32,000 nucleotides of DNA from Bacillus subtilis subsp. subtilis str. 168. Its GTDB lineage: Bacteria; Bacillota; Bacilli; Bacillales; Bacillaceae. Position numbers and translations under genes: made by a program. The number at the start of each line of letters is the position of its first letter. Position 1 is the stretch's first letter. Where the stretch lies: positions 4,110,001-4,142,000 of the forward strand of contig NC_000964.3 in the NCBI RefSeq assembly GCF_000009045.1. The letters run 5' to 3'. Below the pieces are notes generated by a model. That model saw only the letters and a program-made list of their open reading frames with translations, did no database searches and was not told the DNA's origin. This document shows positions 20,045 to 27,625 of this stretch, in pieces.

Positions 20045-20530
20045 GGGGTGTGGGGTTCAGGGATGGTGATATGCTGCTCCCCTAAAAGTAGATAGATGAA
20101 TTTTAGAAAATCTGTTTGCCTTGGGGAGTTTTTTCATGGCTGGACAATTATACTACAAGGAAGAAATACTAATACTTATAGAATGTAATTGGGTAATGAT
20201 TCGGAGAAAGAGGTTGCGAAATAATATGGTATTACACTGAAACAATTATCAATGGAGAACATGCACGATATAGCCGTTCTATATTCTCCCTCTATTATGG
20301 CACTCATTAGTAGACATAACCGTAAAAAAATGCACTCAAAAAAAGTCCATTCTATATAACTCTCGCTAGGGTGGACCTTTTTCAACATTCAAAGTACTAG
20401 ATTTTTTCTAGTGAAAGAATAAGAAAAGACATAAGTTCTATTTTATCACTCTGTTATAGGTTAAGTTATTACGGTGTTTCATTATATACTGAATTTAAAC
20501 ACCCTTGACATTATGGGAATTTTTAAAACA

Positions 20531-20560
20531 GGTTAAAAGGAAGTTCTATAAGAACTCCCT
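20531..20560 (-). terminator. Candidate terminator after yydD
   Basis: Imperfect hairpin GGAGTTCT-tat-AGAACTTCC (one bulge) on the minus strand, followed by TTTTAACCTGTTTT. Confidence 0.45.
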
Positions 20561-20577
20561 AGTTTAATATTATTTGG

Positions 20578-22338
20578 TCAAAATCTAAAACCAAAAAATC
20601 TATTTTTATCTTCATTGTTTCTATCTAATTTTGCAACAATCATACCTTTCGACTCTAATTCTTGAAGGTCATCTAATAATAATTCATTTTTATTTATTGT
20701 TACAAAATATTGTCCGATCCTATTCTCTAACAGACTTGAATTGATATGTTTTAATAATGTACCTTTTACATGAGGATCAGGATTAGAATAAGATCCGTCA
20801 TGAATTAAAATATTCAAACTACACTTATTTATACACCTGTATAAAAACCAAGTAAGATCAAATATATTTATCTTCATATGGAGTCTACCATGTGAACGTT
20901 CATCCGGTATAGAACAAGAAATTTTGATCCTTCCTGTAGTTGATTGTTTTGCGTTACTTATTCTATTATCATATTCAAAATCTAAAAATCCATGTTGGTT
21001 GTATGTAACATCCATTAGATTATTAAAAAGCTTCTTTAACTCACTAACTATAGCGCTATAAGATTGAAACTCATCATAATACATTGAATTAACTCTTAAT
21101 ATTTCATGTTGAAGTTCATTAATCTTATCAAAAATATGGTTTTTTTTATCGTAGTCACTAATTCTCAATCTTACTTCCGCTAACTCTATTTCTTTCCTTC
21201 TTTGTTCTTCCATCACAATGGAAATATCCTCAATGAAATTGTTACTCTTTAAAATTCTGGCACTTGATTCCAGTTGTTCTGTTAATCCTTGCTTTTTGAT
21301 ATTAAGTTTTTTTAAATCGGCTTGTATTTTAACAATTTTATCTTTAAAATAACTCCCTCTACTTTCTACCATGAAATTATAGAACTCTTGGACTTTATTA
21401 TAATTCTGTTTTACTTCCTCTGGAAAAAAACCTACAATATCTTCATAGAATTTTTCTATATTTTCTAATTCTTTAATCTTAGTTACTTTTTTATTTAAAT
21501 CATCTATATTTCTTTGATATTGTTTACAAATATGTTCATTTTCAAATATTTCATTTTGTATTTTATTAAGTTCACTTTTAATTTCTGAGTACCTATTTGT
21601 ATCATTATTATATTTATTGGCAGTCTTAGTTTGATAGATAACTCTATTGTAATCCTCTATCTCATTTATTAATTCATCTTCCTTAACTTTTAAATCGCCA
21701 ATGTTAATATTCATTGATTCAATCAATTTTATTTCACTATTTAATTTTTCAATCTTATCCCGAAAAACCTTTATGTTTTTTTCTGTATGAGTTGGTAAAG
21801 TAAAAAGATAGTTAAGTAATTTATATTGTTTTAACCCTCCCCTATTCGGTAAAACTATATCATTAAACCCTGTCTTTTCGTCTCTTATAATATACTCCCT
21901 TAACGCCGCAAAAGTTATATCCTCTTTCTCACCCTTTAAAATTTCCTTTTCAATAAATTTTTTATATACACTTATACTAACTTTTTTCCATTCCTCCAAA
22001 TTAAAAGTTAAAGAAGTATCATGTAATGTATAACCATGTTTAGGAGAATTAAAAGATCTAGCAAGGAATACTTGATTTCCATCAATTTCCACATTCAAAA
22101 CAATAAAAACGTTTTTATTGAGAAGAATTTCATTTGTCGTATAAAAATTTGATATAGTCTTCCCTAGTAAAAAGGAGATGCATTCAATCATCGTTGACTT
22201 ACCTACACCATTAGTCTCTTCATGATCTTCTCTCTTTTCACCAAGTATTATATTTACTCCTACAGCATTAAATTTATACTCTTTCAAAATTTCTTGGGAA
22301 TTGCAAACAAAAAGATTTTTTATAATCATAACAATCAC
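20578..22338 (-). CDS. yydD: Coiled-coil ABC/SMC-like ATPase (candidate LmuB/DdmC-like or Rad50-like sensor)
   Basis: 586 aa. N-terminal Walker A ETNGVGKST (K47). A central region of about 250 aa rich in E/K/I/L/N heptads, predicted coiled coil. C-terminal Walker-B-like LNILIHDGS. The GTG start overlaps the yydC TAG stop by 1 nt; an ATG lies 3 codons downstream at 22327-22329. Confidence 0.8.
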   Translation of the reverse strand: MIVMIIKNLFVCNSQEILKEYKFNAVGVNIILGEKREDHEETNGVGKSTMIECISFLLGKTISNFYTTNEILLNKNVFIVLNVEIDGNQVFLARSFNSPKHGYTLHDTSLTFNLEEWKKVSISVYKKFIEKEILKGEKEDITFAALREYIIRDEKTGFNDIVLPNRGGLKQYKLLNYLFTLPTHTEKNIKVFRDKIEKLNSEIKLIESMNINIGDLKVKEDELINEIEDYNRVIYQTKTANKYNNDTNRYSEIKSELNKIQNEIFENEHICKQYQRNIDDLNKKVTKIKELENIEKFYEDIVGFFPEEVKQNYNKVQEFYNFMVESRGSYFKDKIVKIQADLKKLNIKKQGLTEQLESSARILKSNNFIEDISIVMEEQRRKEIELAEVRLRISDYDKKNHIFDKINELQHEILRVNSMYYDEFQSYSAIVSELKKLFNNLMDVTYNQHGFLDFEYDNRISNAKQSTTGRIKISCSIPDERSHGRLHMKINIFDLTWFLYRCINKCSLNILIHDGSYSNPDPHVKGTLLKHINSSLLENRIGQYFVTINKNELLLDDLQELESKGMIVAKLDRNNEDKNRFFGFRF

Positions 22339-22736
22339 TAACTCTCCGTTCTGCTAATCATATTTTGATTAAAAGAAACTTTACCTAATGAATATAAAAA
22401 AGTTAACGATAAATACAGTATCCGTTCAATATTCAAATTTATTATAATACCTTGACTCTTAGCATAATCAAGAAAAAGTTGATCAATATGTTTTTCCTTC
22501 TCTAACAGTTCATAAAGTATCTTTGATGAGTATAAAATATTTTCTTCCACAGCATTATATTTAGTTAATAAAAAATGATTCATTTCTGGCCTCTCCGCCT
22601 TTTCCTTTTTTAAAGGAGAATTATTCACTAGAGGAATAAGATCATTTCCAATTTGAATGTTTTTAAACTCATTTTCTAATAAAACATAAGAGTATTTGAG
22701 AATATTTTCAGCTGTTTCAATTTTAAGATCAATCAT
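22338..22736 (-). CDS. yydC: Small helical protein of unknown function (candidate middle/adaptor component)
   Basis: 132 aa from MIDLKIETAEN. This ATG sits in ATGATTGA and overlaps the yydB stop. The longer 146-aa version (start 22778) would overlap yydB by 50 nt. No recognisable catalytic motif. Confidence 0.65.
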   Translation of the reverse strand: MIDLKIETAENILKYSYVLLENEFKNIQIGNDLIPLVNNSPLKKEKAERPEMNHFLLTKYNAVEENILYSSKILYELLEKEKHIDQLFLDYAKSQGIIINLNIERILYLSLTFLYSLGKVSFNQNMISRTES

Positions 22737-24174
22737 TCTTAACACTTCTTTTGTTATCATTAAAAATCTCACATTCATAAATGCACCAACATGTTAAAAT
22801 CTTAATGTATTTTTTCGTTAAAGCCTTTGAATATGGTAAAACTGAATGACATTCTAGATAAATCTCATTAACAATTTTTACAAATATCTCATCTCCATTA
22901 TTATATTGATTATGAAACTCTAGATATTTGTCTACTATCGTCTCAGCAATCAATTCCTTTTTATCAGCACTTACATACGAAGTGGAATCCATTATATGGT
23001 TTATCACACCAAAATACTCAGAATAACTATCGAATTTCCGTTTAAAAGTTTCCCCACTTTTCATATCATAAAATTTTTTATCTAAACCAATTTGATTATC
23101 AAAATTACTAGTAAATGTTTTATAACTTTCTCTATACTCATGAAAATCTATAATAAAGCTCTTAAACTCATCTTCATCAATTTTATCATCGTTATCTTCT
23201 ATTTCTTTTTCAATAAGGCTCTCTAATCTATTAATCTTATAATTTAACTTCCCTTCCTGTAGTCTCCTTCCTCCTTGGTTGTTTTTTGACCAGTATTTAT
23301 ATTCGGTATTCCAAATGTAGTATGTTACTTCTGTCTCGCCATTATCTAAATTCACATCCACCGAAATAAATTCTGGAGTAGCATACTCATCCTTTATAAT
23401 GGCTCCACTTACTAATTCTAAGAATGGATTTTCATTTGTATTTGCAGTAATATTAAATGAAGAATCATGTACATGTCCTGCCAAATATAGATCAATAAAG
23501 TAATCATCAAAATGTGCCTTTATTGATTCTCTTTCGGAAGATTCAATACAACCTAACGTATGGTGCCCAATAGCTATATTTAATACCTTGCCCTTATTTT
23601 TCTCTTTGTTCATCTTCCTTATTGCTTTATATAATTTCATCTGTGCAGTTAATAACGTTCCTTCTTCACCTTTTTTATCTGATAACAGACATGTATTTAT
23701 TGATAAAACATTATACTTCTCCGATTGATACAAAAAATGCAAATCTTCTTCCGGATATTTAACACCCATAAAATCTTCATAAAAATCGAAAAATTTCCTT
23801 TGACCTTCCACTAATATATTTGTAGCTTTTTGATCTAGTTTATCCAACATTTCTGAGGGGTTAGGAGATTTCATAATACTATCAATCAAAAGTGTCCTCG
23901 TCATGTCTCTAGATATATCGTGATTTCCTGGCACTAAGTGTACGTTATTCTTACTTAATCCCATACTTTTAATAATTCCATTAAGATATTCTTTAACATC
24001 TTCGTTATACACATCACCTTTGTGTGCTATATCTCCAGTTAATAATAAAAAATCAAAATCTGACTCTCTTCTTAAAACTTCTATAAAATCTAATAATTTA
24101 TCTCTCATTACAATAGTGTCATAATTTTGAAACTGAAAATGCAAATCAGAAATTTGTAAAAAACGTACCTTCAA
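22729..24174 (-). CDS. yydB: Calcineurin-like metallophosphoesterase with an uncharacterised helical C-terminal domain (candidate effector)
   Basis: All five metallophosphoesterase motifs are present: ISDLHF, TGDIAHKGD, PGNHD, IGHH, AGHVHD. About 190 aa of C-terminal extension has no motif I recognise. A TTG start at 24174 is favoured by GAGAGG spacing (481 aa); the ATG at 24183 gives 484 aa. Confidence 0.8.
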   Translation of the reverse strand: MKVRFLQISDLHFQFQNYDTIVMRDKLLDFIEVLRRESDFDFLLLTGDIAHKGDVYNEDVKEYLNGIIKSMGLSKNNVHLVPGNHDISRDMTRTLLIDSIMKSPNPSEMLDKLDQKATNILVEGQRKFFDFYEDFMGVKYPEEDLHFLYQSEKYNVLSINTCLLSDKKGEEGTLLTAQMKLYKAIRKMNKEKNKGKVLNIAIGHHTLGCIESSERESIKAHFDDYFIDLYLAGHVHDSSFNITANTNENPFLELVSGAIIKDEYATPEFISVDVNLDNGETEVTYYIWNTEYKYWSKNNQGGRRLQEGKLNYKINRLESLIEKEIEDNDDKIDEDEFKSFIIDFHEYRESYKTFTSNFDNQIGLDKKFYDMKSGETFKRKFDSYSEYFGVINHIMDSTSYVSADKKELIAETIVDKYLEFHNQYNNGDEIFVKIVNEIYLECHSVLPYSKALTKKYIKILTCWCIYECEIFNDNKRSVKND

Positions 24175-24435
24175 TACAAACATCCTCTCATAAGTATATT
24201 TATCCCCTATATATTTCTAGAAAACTTTTTATTCTATATCATCTTTACTCTTTAATATATTAAGACTCTTTCCACACCATCAAATAAATTATAACCTAAA
24301 CATAACTCTTTACTCATTTTAGTATTGTATTTAAGTCAAACATTGCATTGGTTGCTGAAATATTATATTCATTGAATTATTCCATTAAATAGCTTTTAGT
24401 TGAACTTTAGTCTTTCTGTAATGGTGGAGATGCTC

Positions 24436-24915
24436 TTACTTATGATAAGGCTCCCCACGATTAATCCGAAAAGCCCGATAAATCTGCTCCACTAAAATAA
24501 GCCGCATCAACTGATGAGGAAATGTCATCTTCGAGAACGATAGCTTCTCGTCCGCTCGCTTCATCACCGTGTCACTCAATCCGAGTGATCCGCCGATGAC
24601 GAAGGTGACTTTGCTTTTTCCATAAGTAGCCAGCTTATCTATTGTATCGGCTAGTTCTTCGGATGTTTTCATTTTTCCTTCGATGGCGAGGGCGATGACG
24701 TGGGCGTCGGGGCTGATTTTGGATAGGATGCGGTCGCCTTCTTTGTCTTTTATGATTTTCATGTCCTGGTCGCTTAGGTTTTCCGGCGCTTTTTCGTCCG
24801 GGAGTTCGATGATGTCGATTTTTGCGTAGGCCGAAAGTCGTTTGGTGTATTCTTCAATGCCTTGCTTGAGGTATTTTTCTTTTAGTTTTCCGATTGTCAC
24901 AATATTGATATTCAC
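24436..24915 (-). CDS. rlmH: 23S rRNA (pseudouridine1915-N3)-methyltransferase RlmH (SPOUT family)
   Basis: 159 aa. [24 protein letters not shown]-terminus and C-terminal GGS.GL...[17 protein letters not shown] are typical of RlmH/YbeA. GC content returns to the normal level here. Confidence 0.9.
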   Translation of the reverse strand: MNINIVTIGKLKEKYLKQGIEEYTKRLSAYAKIDIIELPDEKAPENLSDQDMKIIKDKEGDRILSKISPDAHVIALAIEGKMKTSEELADTIDKLATYGKSKVTFVIGGSLGLSDTVMKRADEKLSFSKMTFPHQLMRLILVEQIYRAFRINRGEPYHK

Positions 24916-24953
24916 AGGTCATCCCCACTTTAAAAACAAGTTATTCATATATG

Positions 24954-25270
24954 TTGTCCACAATTGTGGATATCTTTTCTGTATTTTGTGTAAGATCATT
25001 CGTTCCCCACTATATATACTGCGGGGTCTCCACATAATTCACAGGCTGTGGATAAACTGTTAGTATGTTCGATTTTTCTGATTTCGGGCGGCAGCTCGTG
25101 GTCGTCTATGTACATATCCAGCACCGTTTCGATGTGTTCTTCACAAGAATAATACGCTTGTTTCATGTTCAAATCCTCCGATGTTTTCTTCCATTTTTAC
25201 AAATGTTCTCTTCTCAATATAACCTATTTATTCACATGTTAGTAGTGCTTCGGGCTGAGTTTTATCCACA
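24954..25270. promoter_or_regulatory. DnaA-box cluster (rlmH/yydA - yycS intergenic cluster)
   Basis: Perfect TTATCCACA at 25262-25270 and, in reverse orientation, at 25047-25055. TTATTCACA at 25228-25236. One-mismatch inverted pair TTGTCCACA (24954-24962) and TGTGGATAT (24965-24973), which together form the palindrome TCCACAATTGTGGA. Confidence 0.85.
24996..25166 (-). CDS. Small CxxH/CxxC-type cysteine protein, 56 aa (not in the ORF track)
   Basis: My codon-by-codon translation: MKQAYYSCEEHIETVLDMYIDDHELPPEIRKIEHTNSLSTACELCGDPAVYIVGNE. CGGAGGA RBS. Upstream of rlmH and co-directional with it. Confidence 0.65.
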   Translation of the reverse strand: MKQAYYSCEEHIETVLDMYIDDHELPPEIRKIEHTNSLSTACELCGDPAVYIVGNE

Positions 25271-25350
25271 ATTCGACAAACAAGCTGTTGATGACTCTAT
25301 TTCGCTCGTGTGTTAGTTTGGATGTAACCGATGTGTGGGGAGGTCTGCAT

Positions 25351-25764
25351 TTGCGCTTTAGATGGGTTTGGCTTTTTGTGATTATGTTGCTGCTTGCTGA
25401 GTGTCAGCCATCTTATTGGGTGTTGGAGAAGGATCGAATCGGTGAAGGCAGTCCAGACTTAGAAATATACGCTAATTATCTCCAAATGCATGATGACGTG
25501 AAAGGATATCAAGTCTTCACCATATCAGAAGGCAAAAAAATGGTCGTCGTGTCTCTCGGAAGCAGCGAGAAAGATAAGAAGCTTGAAGTGTCGGACGTCA
25601 AATTCTCATCTAAAGAAACGATTGTAACTGTGGAGCGAAAACCTGCTCCTACGGCAAATGAGAAAAACCCTTTTATTTTGATTGGACTGGACAAAATTGA
25701 AGGGGATTTAATTGTTCAAGACGAAACAGGAGATCGCTTTGAAGAAACGGATTACCAGCAATAA
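25351..25764 (+). CDS. yycS: Hypothetical exported or membrane-anchored protein
   Basis: ORF-track ORF 25288..25764. I prefer the TTG at 25351 (GGGGAGG RBS 7 nt upstream), which gives an N-terminal hydrophobic signal or anchor (MRFRWVWLFVIMLLLAEC). No recognisable domain. Confidence 0.55.
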   Translation: MRFRWVWLFVIMLLLAECQPSYWVLEKDRIGEGSPDLEIYANYLQMHDDVKGYQVFTISEGKKMVVVSLGSSEKDKKLEVSDVKFSSKETIVTVERKPAPTANEKNPFILIGLDKIEGDLIVQDETGDRFEETDYQQ

Positions 25765-25797
25765 AGCCGGCGTTCTGAGAACGTCCGGCTTTTTCTT
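25764..25797. terminator. Bidirectional terminator between the convergent genes yycS and yycR
   Basis: AAAGCCGGCGTTC-tga-GAACGTCCGGCTTTTT, with an A-run on one side and a T-run on the other. Confidence 0.8.
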
Positions 25798-27024
25798 TTA
25801 CTTCAATGTCCCATGCGGGTCGATGACGAATTTTTTGGCTGCGCCTTTGTCGAAGTCGCTGTAGCCTTTTGGCGCGTCGTCCAGAGAAATAACGGTGGCA
25901 TTGACGGCTTTTGCGATCTGCGCTCTGCCGCTCAGGATCGCTTTCATCAAATTGCGGTTGTATGTCATGGCGGGCGTTTGTCCGGTGACGAAGGTGTGGG
26001 CTTTGGCCCAGCCGAGTCCGAAGCGGATTTTTAATGAGCCTGTTTTGGCGTCCGCATCCTTTGCACCGGGATCTTCGGTCACGTATAAGCCTGGAATGCC
26101 AAGGCTGCCTCCGACCTGGGTGACGTCCATGATTGAGTTCAGCACGGCGGCTGGCGCTTCTCCTTGATTGCCGTGCCCAGATGCTTCAAAGCCGACACAG
26201 TCCACTGCAGCATCAACGGTTGGTTCACCTAGTATTTGTTCAATTTGCTCGCCGAGGCGGTCGTGTTTTTGCACGTTGACCGTTTCACAGCCGAAGCTTC
26301 TGGCCTGTGCCAGCCTGTCTTCGTTCAGATCGCCGACAATCACGGTAGAGGCGCCTAGGAGCTGAGCGGAGTGTGCAGCTGCCAAGCCGACAGGACCCGC
26401 TCCAGCGATATAAACGGTTGAACCTGTTTGCACGCCCGCTGTATAAGCTCCATGGAAGCCGGTCGGAAAAATGTCGGACAGCATGGTCAAATCGAGAATC
26501 TTTTCTAGCGCCTGTTCTTTATCAGGGAATACCAAAAGCTGAAAATCAGCGTATGGCACCATGACATATTCAGACTGGCCGCCGACCCAGCCGCCCATAT
26601 CGACGTAGCCGTAAGCCGATCCCGGCCGGTCCGGATTGACATTCAGGCACACATGCGTTTTCTGCGTTTTGCACATCACACAGCGTCCGCAGGCAATATT
26701 GAAAGGAACGGATACGATATCTCCTTTTTTGATAAATTCAACATCACGCCCCGTTTCAATGACTTCTCCCGTAATTTCATGCCCGAGCACCAAGCCTTCT
26801 GGCGCCGTTGTGCGGCCTCTGACCATATGCTGGTCGCTTCCGCAAATGTTGGTTGTAATGACTTTGAGAATAACCCCATGCTCACATTTTCGATTCACAT
26901 TCGCCTTCGGGACGCCGGGCCCGTCCCTCAAGATTAACTCCGGATAACCGATATCCTCCACCGCTACAGTCCCTTTGCCTTTGTACACAACCGCTTTGTT
27001 TCCTGTCAACGCCATTCCTCCCAT
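25798..27024 (-). CDS. yycR: Zinc-dependent alcohol/formaldehyde dehydrogenase-like oxidoreductase (MDR superfamily)
   Basis: GHEITGEV catalytic zinc motif, CGRCVMCKTQKTHVC structural zinc loop, GAGPVGL Rossmann motif. The start is uncertain by a few codons: the GGGAGGA RBS would favour the TTG at about 27012. Confidence 0.85.
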   Translation of the reverse strand: MGGMALTGNKAVVYKGKGTVAVEDIGYPELILRDGPGVPKANVNRKCEHGVILKVITTNICGSDQHMVRGRTTAPEGLVLGHEITGEVIETGRDVEFIKKGDIVSVPFNIACGRCVMCKTQKTHVCLNVNPDRPGSAYGYVDMGGWVGGQSEYVMVPYADFQLLVFPDKEQALEKILDLTMLSDIFPTGFHGAYTAGVQTGSTVYIAGAGPVGLAAAHSAQLLGASTVIVGDLNEDRLAQARSFGCETVNVQKHDRLGEQIEQILGEPTVDAAVDCVGFEASGHGNQGEAPAAVLNSIMDVTQVGGSLGIPGLYVTEDPGAKDADAKTGSLKIRFGLGWAKAHTFVTGQTPAMTYNRNLMKAILSGRAQIAKAVNATVISLDDAPKGYSDFDKGAAKKFVIDPHGTLK

Positions 27025-27086
27025 TCATGTGTTTGGACTCTCCGTCCTTGAACATGACTTCGGTTCGGCATGACTCTTTCCCTTTT

Positions 27087-27257
27087 TCACGACTGTTTTT
27101 TCTGTATTCTTACAACAACAAATATGCCAAGAAAGCATCCAATAATGGTTCCGCCGATGTCTAAGAAGTCGACTTTACATCCATTTAACAAGAACACAGT
27201 AATGGCCGAAACCAGGCAGATCATAACTGCCAGAAGAATAACCCGATTTGTCTGCAT
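27087..27257 (-). CDS. Small membrane protein, 56 aa, two TM helices (not in the ORF track)
   Basis: My translation: MQTNRVILLAVMICLVSAITVFLLNGCKVDFLDIGGTIIGCFLGIFVVVRIQKKQS. GGAGGAA RBS 4 nt upstream of the ATG. Confidence 0.55.
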   Translation of the reverse strand: MQTNRVILLAVMICLVSAITVFLLNGCKVDFLDIGGTIIGCFLGIFVVVRIQKKQS

Positions 27258-27321
27258 GTAATTCCTCCTTTGGATTCGTTTCTAAACCATACCCAAAATC
27301 CTCTGCAAACTTCGGTTCAAC

Positions 27322-27350
27322 AAAAAAAGAGACTTCACACCAGTCTCTTC
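27322..27350 (-). terminator. Terminator after yycQ
   Basis: Minus strand: AAGAGACT-ggtgtga-AGTCTCTT followed by T7. Confidence 0.7.
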
Positions 27351-27361
27351 ATAAACAGAGA

Positions 27362-27610
27362 TCACTCAAAAAATTTCCTGAGAAATAATGTGGCAACACT
27401 CGTTACTAACGCAATTGCCGTATACATAACAACCCAAAATATGAATGAGCTATTCCCCGAAGCTAACGTAACTAACAATATCAAGCTCGTGATAAGAACG
27501 ATGAGCGGTGCCACCCAAAATCTTTTAAATAAAAAATGACCCGCTATACCAAATACACCTGCGACGATCGGAAAACCAAAAACGATAAATAAAACGGCGA
27601 TGGCTCCCAT
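27362..27610 (-). CDS. yycQ: Small integral membrane protein (82 aa)
   Basis: Three hydrophobic helices. GGAGGG RBS. Sixteen nt downstream of yycP. Confidence 0.7.
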   Translation of the reverse strand: MGAIAVLFIVFGFPIVAGVFGIAGHFLFKRFWVAPLIVLITSLILLVTLASGNSSFIFWVVMYTAIALVTSVATLFLRKFFE

Positions 27611-27625
27611 ACTACCCTCCTTGCC

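Noticed and set aside
20045-20135. Possible fbp terminator: CTCCCC...GGGGAG followed by TTTTTT at about 20079-20135.
   Set aside because: The arms are only 6 nt and are separated by a loop of about 40 nt with weak internal pairing. It is plausible but not convincing by eye, so I did not list it as a feature.
20136-20240. 34-codon plus-strand ORF (MAGQLYYKEEILILIECNWVMIRRKRLRNNMVLH) with a GGGGAG RBS, just after fbp.
   Set aside because: The RBS spacing is good. However, the ORF is very short, resembles nothing I know, and overlaps the probable fbp terminator region. It could be a gene remnant at the island junction. The evidence is too weak to call it a feature.
20176-20388. 70-aa minus-strand ORF between fbp and yydD (MLKKVHPSESYIEWTFFECIF...).
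   Set aside because: No Shine-Dalgarno sequence upstream of the ATG (ctagtactttgaATG). The composition is odd, rich in Cys, Phe and Ile, and I recognise no family. It is most likely a chance ORF in AT-rich DNA at the island border.
20426-20437. 12-nt exact repeat AAGACATAAGTT, shared between 8551-8562 and 20426-20437.
   Set aside because: In 32 kb, tens of exact 12-mer coincidences are expected by chance. The flanks diverge quickly and no structure is associated with the repeat.
22737-22778. Longer start for yycC-position gene yydC (146 aa, ATG at 22778), which would overlap yydB by 50 nt.
   Set aside because: The internal ATG at 22734-22736 gives the classic ATGATTGA stop/start overlap with yydB and a 132-aa product. 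Neither start has a strong RBS, so this is a preference rather than proof.
25065-25316. 83-aa plus-strand ORF in the rlmH-yycS intergenic region.
   Set aside because: It has no RBS and a low-complexity, Phe/Val/His-rich sequence. The opposite strand carries a better supported 56-aa CxxC ORF with a strong RBS, and the region is otherwise occupied by DnaA boxes.
27070-27261. 63-aa plus-strand ORF, and the 89-aa plus-strand ORF at 27270..27539.
   Set aside because: They are shadows of minus-strand membrane-protein genes: the 56-aa micro-protein and yycQ, both of which have RBSs and coherent TM helices.
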